This document shows positions 16,963 to 22,556 of a stretch of DNA of 22,556 bases, piece after piece. The notes beneath the pieces were generated by a model. The model was not told where the DNA came from, searched no databases, and was given only the letters and a program-made list of their open reading frames with translations. The DNA comes from Nanohaloarchaea archaeon B1-Br10_U2g1 (lineage in GTDB: Archaea; Nanohalarchaeota; Nanosalinia; Nanosalinales; Nanosalinaceae), in NCBI GenBank assembly GCA_001563875.1, contig LKMN01000010.1, forward strand, positions 1 through 22,556, in the 5' to 3' direction. A program made the position numbers and the translations under genes. The first letter of the stretch is position 1; each line of letters begins with the position of its first letter.

Positions 16963-17286
16963 GGTTTAGATGTTTTAGATCAGTATCTAGAAGCGCTCAA
17001 GCCTAGAAGGCAAAATTCCTTAGTATTCTTAACTCTTTATTTACCTATCCTGTTGTTCGTAGTATATCTGAACTTTCTAACATCTAGGTGTTTAGTAGGT
17101 GTTGAATGTTTTGAGGCATCTCATCATACAGTACCTTCTCTGTATCCGGGAGCTACTTGTTCGCAGGTATGCGCATCTACTCTAGATTTAATAGAAGGAT
17201 ATGCGATATGGTTCTCCTTATTTTTTGTACTTCCTGCGTTACTTCTGTATTTTCTCAGTAGTTTGGCTGTAGAGAAATTTAAATAA
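16963..17286 (+). CDS. Small two-TM membrane protein with a four-Cys loop; start codon unresolved (possible frameshift)
   Basis: Frame is open from 16963 and reads LDQYLEALKPRR-TM1-C..C..C..C-TM2-EKFK. The first in-frame TTG (17053) falls inside TM1. Confidence 0.55.
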   Translation, partial: GLDVLDQYLEALKPRRQNSLVFLTLYLPILLFVVYLNFLTSRCLVGVECFEASHHTVPSLYPGATCSQVCASTLDLIEGYAIWFSLFFVLPALLLYFLSSLAVEKFK

Positions 17287-17314
17287 AAACTGAAGGAGCG
17301 AAGACAGATTTTTT

Positions 17315-18271
17315 TTAGGTGTCTTCAATTCCCTTATCGCTTATCTCGAAGACTGCTTCGCCTTCAGGTAGATACGGGCTGTCTTCTAGTCTTGCAACCC
17401 TTGTATCCTTCTTCCCTTTTCTGAGGTAGATTATTATCGCGCAGTTGTGTGCTACGATGTTTCCTCCTATAGCTTTCGTCGGATCTCCAAACATCTGGTC
17501 CGGATTGTCCATGACCTGGTTGGTGACCACTACCGCTACGTTGTGTGTATTGGCTACCTTGAGAAGTGTTGACATATGTTTGTTGAGCTTTTGCTGTCTT
17601 TTAGCTAGCTCTCCTCTTCCTACGTACTCGCTTCGGAAGTGCGCCATCAGTGAGTCGACTACTATTAGTCCGATATCGTTTTCGTTACAGATCTGTCTAG
17701 CTTCTTCCGCCAGAAGCATCTGGTGGTCGGAGTTGAATGCTCTTGCTACAAAGATGTTGTCTAGTACTTGTTCAGGATCCATGTCCTGGCTTTCCGCCAT
17801 CTGTTCGACTCTTTCTGGTGTAAAAGTGTCTTCTGTGTCTATGTAGATAGCTCCTTTGCCCATGCCTCCTTCTTCAGGACTTTTTTGAACGTTTACTGAT
17901 AGGTGGTGCGCTATCTGTGTTTTTCCTGCTGAGAACTCTCCGTATAGTTCTGTAATGGCTTGTGTTTCGATTCCGCCGTCTAGGAGTTCGTTGAAGTCTT
18001 CGCTCGCTGTAGCTATCTTCTCCATCTTTTCCCGTTGCTTCATCTTTTCTGTTCCTGTTTCGAATCCTCCTACGTCTGCAAGATCTTTTGCAGAGTGAAC
18101 TATGCTTTCTGCAGCGCTTTCTCCGATTCCGTCTACTTGACCGGCTAGTTCTCCAGCCTTCATGTTCGCTATCTCCATCAAGTTAGTTAGACCTTCTTCT
18201 TTCAGTCTTTCCGCTGTTTTTCCGCCTACGCCGTCCAAGTCTTCGAGTTCTACCTCTTTTTGTTCTGTCAT
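17315..18271 (-). CDS. radA: DNA repair and recombination protein RadA
   Basis: N-terminal HhH domain, Walker A GEFSAGKT, YIDTEDTF, VVDSL, FRSEYVGRGELAKRQQ, TNQV and DSPYLPEGEA. No intein. Confidence 0.98.
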   Translation of the reverse strand: MTEQKEVELEDLDGVGGKTAERLKEEGLTNLMEIANMKAGELAGQVDGIGESAAESIVHSAKDLADVGGFETGTEKMKQREKMEKIATASEDFNELLDGGIETQAITELYGEFSAGKTQIAHHLSVNVQKSPEEGGMGKGAIYIDTEDTFTPERVEQMAESQDMDPEQVLDNIFVARAFNSDHQMLLAEEARQICNENDIGLIVVDSLMAHFRSEYVGRGELAKRQQKLNKHMSTLLKVANTHNVAVVVTNQVMDNPDQMFGDPTKAIGGNIVAHNCAIIIYLRKGKKDTRVARLEDSPYLPEGEAVFEISDKGIEDT

Positions 18272-18290
18272 AGTATTTTTTAACCTCTCC

Positions 18291-19286
18291 TTATGCTTCC
18301 ATTATTTCAAGTAGTTCTTTGATTTCTTCTTCGGTCGATACTTGTTCGAAGCTGTTTGCAAGCATCTCAATTCTTCCGAAGTAGTCGTTGTAACGTGTAC
18401 GTCCTTGTATAAGTATTTCTTTTCCTATTACTTCTTCTGCTGCGTCTTCTACAGCTTTTTTGTCTCCTTCTTTTTCTTCTTCCTCTGTGATTTCCAGTAA
18501 ATCTCGTGCTTGGTCTCCGAACAGTACTACTCTTATGTTTCCGGTTCCGTCGTCCACAACGCATGATATTGCAAGTCTGTAGTCAGGATCCTCTACTTCG
18601 TCTCCATCATCGGTTACGTAGTCTCCGTCGTCGTTCTCCCTTACCGTGTCTCCTGAGTCAGGGTCTACCATGTAGAATGGATTACTGGTGTAGACATCTA
18701 CGAGCATACCGGTTACTTCGAATGATGAGCCCTCTGTTCTTACCTCGCCTATGTTGGCGCTGGTGGTTGTCGTGTCTCGGGTCTCTATCTCTGGTACCTC
18801 GTCTTCGTCCGCCATCTTTACCTGTACGTCGTCTCCAAGTCTCAGTTCGGCGTTTTCTCTGTTGTCTTCAACAGTGTATGCTCCGGCTATATGTATTGCG
18901 TCGCCTTCTTGTACTTTCTCTGCTATCTTGGTCTGTTCGTCCCAGAGCGTTAGTCTTATTGTTCCGGTATCGTCTCCGAGCACCACGTTCTGTACTTTTC
19001 CTTCGTCTCCATCATCTCTCTCGAAAGTATTGGGGTCTGTAATATTCACTACTCGGGCCTTTATGGACACCTTACGCATCTCTGGAACGATGTTCTCTAC
19101 CTTGAGTTCTTGTTTTGAGGCTTCTGCTATGTCGACGCCGTGTTCTTTTGCGACGAGGTGTGCTGCACCTTCTTCGGATACGAGTCCGGAGAATTCTTCC
19201 ATCTTTTCGTCTATCTTTTCCTGTATGTCGTCTTCATCTAGGTCTGCTTCCTCGACTATTTTTTCGATTATTTCGTCGGTGTCCAT
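18291..19286 (-). CDS. rpa: Replication protein A (single-stranded DNA-binding; N-terminal helical domain plus two OB folds)
   Basis: GLVSEEGAAHLVA, DDTGTIRLTLW and DDGTGNIRVVLF. Directly upstream of radA, with an RBS (GGAGAGG) between them. Confidence 0.92.
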   Translation of the reverse strand: MDTDEIIEKIVEEADLDEDDIQEKIDEKMEEFSGLVSEEGAAHLVAKEHGVDIAEASKQELKVENIVPEMRKVSIKARVVNITDPNTFERDDGDEGKVQNVVLGDDTGTIRLTLWDEQTKIAEKVQEGDAIHIAGAYTVEDNRENAELRLGDDVQVKMADEDEVPEIETRDTTTTSANIGEVRTEGSSFEVTGMLVDVYTSNPFYMVDPDSGDTVRENDDGDYVTDDGDEVEDPDYRLAISCVVDDGTGNIRVVLFGDQARDLLEITEEEEKEGDKKAVEDAAEEVIGKEILIQGRTRYNDYFGRIEMLANSFEQVSTEEEIKELLEIMEA

Positions 19287-19366
19287 ATGGTTGTAGTTGA
19301 GAATTAAGACTTAAATCCGTGGTGTCTACCTATTTGTAGAAGTTAAAAAGTAGGGGTAAGGCTGGT

Positions 19367-19564
19367 TTATCTTAGAGCTTCTCTTATGTCTTCGGCTCTA
19401 ACCGTCTTTCTGTCGTTATCTTTGGCGACACCGATTGATTCTTCTGCTATATCTCCAGCGAACATTTCTAGTATCTCTCTGAGTTCGTCGGCGCTTCCTT
19501 CTGACACTCTTTTGTCTCCTTGGCTCTTTATGATCTCCTTCATTTTGGCTGTTGAGAACTCCAT
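19367..19564 (-). CDS. Archaeal histone (HMf-like singlet, variant)
   Basis: Aligns without gaps to HMfB: IIK..G..RVS...IL...DIA.E....A....RKTV.AEDI. ATG 19564 is preferred. Confidence 0.93.
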   Translation of the reverse strand: MEFSTAKMKEIIKSQGDKRVSEGSADELREILEMFAGDIAEESIGVAKDNDRKTVRAEDIREALR

Positions 19565-19915
19565 TTTAATCACGGTTAACGGTTTATACTGAATTTATTT
19601 AAACAAGGTGGCGGGTTCAACGGCCTGTATCATCTTTCTAGAGGTTTGCCTGAATTTTTGTGCGGTTTTGTCCGGAAAGGCCTTGTTGTTTTTAGCTGCT
19701 TTCTTTCTGTTTATAGTTTTTCTAGACTTGTCATAAAACGTTTTATGTTATATGGTGTTTTATTTGGGCTTTTAAAGATTTTAAAGCTGTCTAAATCCAA
19801 TTAAAGTTGATTTAAGACTGTATTTTACCAGGGTTTTATTAATATGCTACTACACCAAAGAGTATATGGTACAATTATGCCAACAAGAAACATTATTGAG
19901 CCTTGATATAATATC

Positions 19916-19933
19916 TTTACTTAAACAAGTAAA
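19916..19933 (+). promoter_or_regulatory. Inverted repeat over the wHTH gene promoter (candidate operator)
   Basis: TTTACTT-AAAC-AAGTAAA is a perfect 7-4-7 inverted repeat 25-43 nt upstream of ATG 19959. GATAT-A-ATATC is adjacent at 19905-19915. Confidence 0.45.
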
Positions 19934-19958
19934 CAAAGACATGTTTTGGGAGATATAA

Positions 19959-20243
19959 ATGACTGAGACGCCAGAAGAGCTATTTGTAAACTCGAAACCG
20001 GTCCGAACACTTGTAAAACTCAGCAGAAGATCAGACTACTATGCGTCCGCATTATCGACAGAGGTCGATGCAACGTATTCGCACACCGTGAAAATACTTC
20101 AGCGGATGAAAAGACACGACCTAGTCGAGTTTGAGAAGAAAGGTAGAAAAAAGATAGTCAGACTTACGGACGATGGAGAAGACTTGGCCGAGATATTCCG
20201 TGAACTTGTCCAAGAGTTTGAAGCGGAAAGGATTCCAACATAA
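19959..20243 (+). CDS. MarR-like winged-helix transcription regulator
   Basis: KPVRTLV...YASALSTEVDATYSHTVKIL...LVEFEKKGRKKIVRLTDDG. Confidence 0.88.
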   Translation: MTETPEELFVNSKPVRTLVKLSRRSDYYASALSTEVDATYSHTVKILQRMKRHDLVEFEKKGRKKIVRLTDDGEDLAEIFRELVQEFEAERIPT

Positions 20244-20283
20244 AACATGAAAGTTGATTAACTTCCCGCTGCAATTACCGGTT

Positions 20284-20490
20284 GTGAGAATTACAAAGAT
20301 ACAGGACGACGGCAGCAAATTCATTATATACGGAGAAACCGGTCTAGCAGGAAAGCTTAGAGAGGTGTTCGACAATCTAGGCCTGGGAATATCGGTGACA
20401 GAAAACGACAGAGCCGAAGCCAACATACTCTACACAGAGAACAACAGGGATATCGTGCTGAGAATACTTGATGAGAGAACAGAAAAGTAG
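20284..20490 (+). CDS. Small hypothetical protein
   Basis: Globular-looking ORF filling the gap. Start could be TTG 20254 or GTG 20284; the latter has a TTAA element about 25 nt upstream. Confidence 0.6.
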   Translation: MRITKIQDDGSKFIIYGETGLAGKLREVFDNLGLGISVTENDRAEANILYTENNRDIVLRILDERTEK

Positions 20491-20505
20491 ATCAAAGCGG
20501 GACGG

Positions 20506-20874
20506 CTATTCTGGTTCACCAAGAGTTCTTTCAATAGTATTCTTGTCTGCCTCTATAAGATAGGTATTGCCTCTTTTCTTTCTCTTGATTAAATCTGCCT
20601 GGTACAGGTCGTCTAGGGCTTGACTAACGGTGGCCTTAGACAGCTCAGTTCTGTCAGGTAGCTCGCTCTGCATAATGCTGCCGTTGATTACCTGATTAAG
20701 CACGGTTATTCGGGATTTAGGCATATTCAGACGATTGGTATCTATAGATGTGTCCTTACGACCTCTTATATTGTGAATATAGCCCAAAAGTAGGAGCACT
20801 AATGTAAGCAGTACTCCAATAGAAATGTAGACTAAGGGACCAATCACGGCCTCAGGAAAGACAGGTTCTGCCAT
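20506..20874 (-). CDS. Membrane-anchored winged-helix regulator (one TM + HTH)
   Basis: TM helix LVYISIGVLLTLVLLLLGY, then IMQSELPDRTELSKATVSQALDDLYQADLIKRKKRGNTYLI. Confidence 0.85.
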   Translation of the reverse strand: MAEPVFPEAVIGPLVYISIGVLLTLVLLLLGYIHNIRGRKDTSIDTNRLNMPKSRITVLNQVINGSIMQSELPDRTELSKATVSQALDDLYQADLIKRKKRGNTYLIEADKNTIERTLGEPE

Positions 20875-21040
20875 AATACTGTTATACTTAATATTTGTTT
20901 AATAACTAATTGACGAAAATAAACACCTAAAGTCCGTAGTTAAACGCTATTAAACGAATTCTGAACGTTCTCAAACTCTTGTTTATAAAGAGCTGTTATA
21001 AGGGTGGCGGAACAAGAAACTTCTTGGTGGACAAACCAAA

Positions 21041-21766
21041 ATGAAGAAAAAACTAAGATTTGCAGCTGTAATAGGTATGGTAGCATTACTTGCTGCAACC
21101 GTAGCTGCAGAAGAACACGAGAACATATCAGAAGACTTAGAAGTACCGGAAGAGGCTGAACAGCTTCCTGAAGAAGCAGATGAACAAGCCAGTATCCGCG
21201 TACCGGGAGACAGATTCTACTTTGCAACATCGATCTCTGAAAGGATAGAGACAGGTATTGCCAGAGCTCCAGGAATAGGAAGTGTTGAAAGAGAAGCACA
21301 AGTAGAAGCAAACCATGCTGAAAGAAGGCTGGCGGAGGCAGAAGCTCTCTCTCAGAGAAACGATTCGGAAAGAGCAGAACAGGCAATTGAAAGATACAGT
21401 CAAGGAGTTGAAAGATCGTCTGAGAAAGCTAACCAGTCTGGTAACGAAGAAATCCAAGACAGGATAGCAGAGGCGTCTCAACAACAGACCGAGAGACTTG
21501 AAAGTTTAAGAGAACAGCTTCCTGAAGAGGCACAACAAGGAATAGAAACAGCGATAGAGAACAGTCAGAGGGCAGGACCCCCTTCCGATTTAGGACCTGA
21601 TACTGAAAGAGGACCGGCAGAGGATAACGGCCAGAACCAGACAGGAACTTCTGAAGCCGCAGACCAGTTACCGGACCAAGAACCTTCCGAACAAGAAAAC
21701 TTGACGGAGACCACAGGTAACGAAACCTTGGAAAACAACAGCAGTCAAAACGAGCAGAATAACTAA
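21041..21766 (+). CDS. Secreted acidic helical protein, DUF5667-like
   Basis: Sec signal MKKKLRFAAVIGMVALLAATVAA, PGDRFYF...ERIE...HAERRLAEAEAL motif, LPEEA repeats and a low-complexity Q/N/E tail. Confidence 0.7.
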   Translation: MKKKLRFAAVIGMVALLAATVAAEEHENISEDLEVPEEAEQLPEEADEQASIRVPGDRFYFATSISERIETGIARAPGIGSVEREAQVEANHAERRLAEAEALSQRNDSERAEQAIERYSQGVERSSEKANQSGNEEIQDRIAEASQQQTERLESLREQLPEEAQQGIETAIENSQRAGPPSDLGPDTERGPAEDNGQNQTGTSEAADQLPDQEPSEQENLTETTGNETLENNSSQNEQNN

Positions 21767-21769
21767 TAA

Positions 21770-21793
21770 CCCTTTCTTCTTTACACTTTTTTT
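21770..21793 (+). terminator. Pyrimidine/T-run terminator between convergent genes
   Basis: CCCTTTCTTCTTTACACTTTTTTT after the 21766 stop. Confidence 0.5.
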
Positions 21794-22556
21794 ATTGGTT
21801 CGATAGATCTCTTGACCTAACCTGTAAAAACTTCAGATAGGACAATGCTGAGGCCAACAACATCGTGGCACCAACAAGTTCCAGGCTTTCCTCAACTAGA
21901 TAGTCTTTCAGACGGTATCGGACATCCATCATCTCAATACCTAGCTCTTCCTCCTTGTCAAGAATATTCTGATCTCCTAGCTCATAAAGCTCTCTCAGTT
22001 CACCGTCTCCCATTGAACCGGTTGCTTCGTATAGATAGTCTCCTATAACGTAGTTAACACTGGTTAAGTCTCCAGGACCAGAAATAAAGGCAGCAGAACC
22101 GTAGAAAACAAAGCCTACAGCCAGTATAACAACAGTCACGCGGCTTTGTCTAATATACTTCCCATACTTCAGAACCGCTACCAAAGGTATCAAACCGAGC
22201 ATAACAAAGTAGAGCGTTTCAAGAAGGTTCAGTAAAACCCATTCAAAGGTTAGAAGGTTTCTCAAAACCAGATGCCTGATATCCAGAGAGTCCTCCAGAA
22301 ACATTAGGAACCCTGCCACGGAAAAAAGACCCCAGAAAACAGATTCCTCTTTTCTGTCCTGTTCGTCCAGAACCTTGTAGAGATAGTACGAAACAGTTGA
22401 GAGTCCTGCAAGAAACAGCCATTGCAAAAGCTCTATAGGGCCTGCCTCTGTAAACATGAAGTCCCAGAAAACAGGTACTGTACGGCTCTGAAAAAGATCT
22501 CTCAGACCGTAAATATTTCTTACATCTATAAGGTACACGGCTATGTAGGATAAGAG
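21792..22556 (-). CDS. Multi-pass membrane protein, 5' end outside the window
   Basis: Frame stays open to the window edge. Several TM segments with acidic/His motifs (EAGPIE, LEDSLDIRH, EESLELVG). Confidence 0.75.
   Translation of the reverse strand, partial: LLSYIAVYLIDVRNIYGLRDLFQSRTVPVFWDFMFTEAGPIELLQWLFLAGLSTVSYYLYKVLDEQDRKEESVFWGLFSVAGFLMFLEDSLDIRHLVLRNLLTFEWVLLNLLETLYFVMLGLIPLVAVLKYGKYIRQSRVTVVILAVGFVFYGSAAFISGPGDLTSVNYVIGDYLYEATGSMGDGELRELYELGDQNILDKEEELGIEMMDVRYRLKDYLVEESLELVGATMLLASALSYLKFLQVRSRDLSNQ

Noticed and set aside
106-18271. Inteins in Cdc6, DP1, DP2 or RadA
   Set aside because: Protein lengths are normal, motifs are uninterrupted, and there are no splice-junction or LAGLIDADG signatures.
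17445-19592. Plus-strand and alternate-frame ORFs over radA, rpa and the histone gene (e.g. 18506-19042, 18751-19296)
   Set aside because: They are antisense shadows of acidic GAA/GAC-rich coding sequence.
19565-19958. Second replication origin or CRISPR array in the long AT-rich spacer
   Set aside because: No ORB-like boxes and no repeat-spacer units were found; the repeats are only about 6 bp at a 10-bp period.

Overview
Core chromosomal region of a salt-adapted (acidic proteome, mid-GC) archaeon. Gene content and compactness point to a DPANN lineage, most likely Nanohaloarchaeota (inference). The window opens at what looks like the edge of oriC (two ORB-like boxes), followed by orc1/cdc6 and the PolD genes DP1 and DP2. 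Next come a CBS/Zn-ribbon gene and a tightly packed block: three divergent paralogous hypothetical genes, an unannotated H/ACA-type guide RNA hairpin, DUF167 and dnaG. Further on are a SipW-type/TasA-like secreted protein, DUF3467, tRNA-Thr(CGT), a small wHTH, M29 and M42 aminopeptidases, a DUF5794-like membrane protein, FxsA, a membrane-anchored OB-fold protein, ThpR, a PRC-barrel protein, radA, rpa, a variant histone, two wHTH regulators, a DUF5667-like secreted protein and a truncated membrane protein. The strongest unexpected signals are: (1) a K-turn H/ACA hairpin whose pocket complements 23S rRNA helix 69 around U1915 (E. coli numbering); (2) the triplicated unknown fold in the same gene block; (3) a histone with a disrupted tetramer interface; (4) ~10-bp-phased AAAC arrays upstream of two secreted-protein genes; (5) an RPA zinc finger that has lost all its ligands. 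All family calls come from motif recognition by eye, not from database searches. No CRISPR array, inteins or mobile elements were seen.
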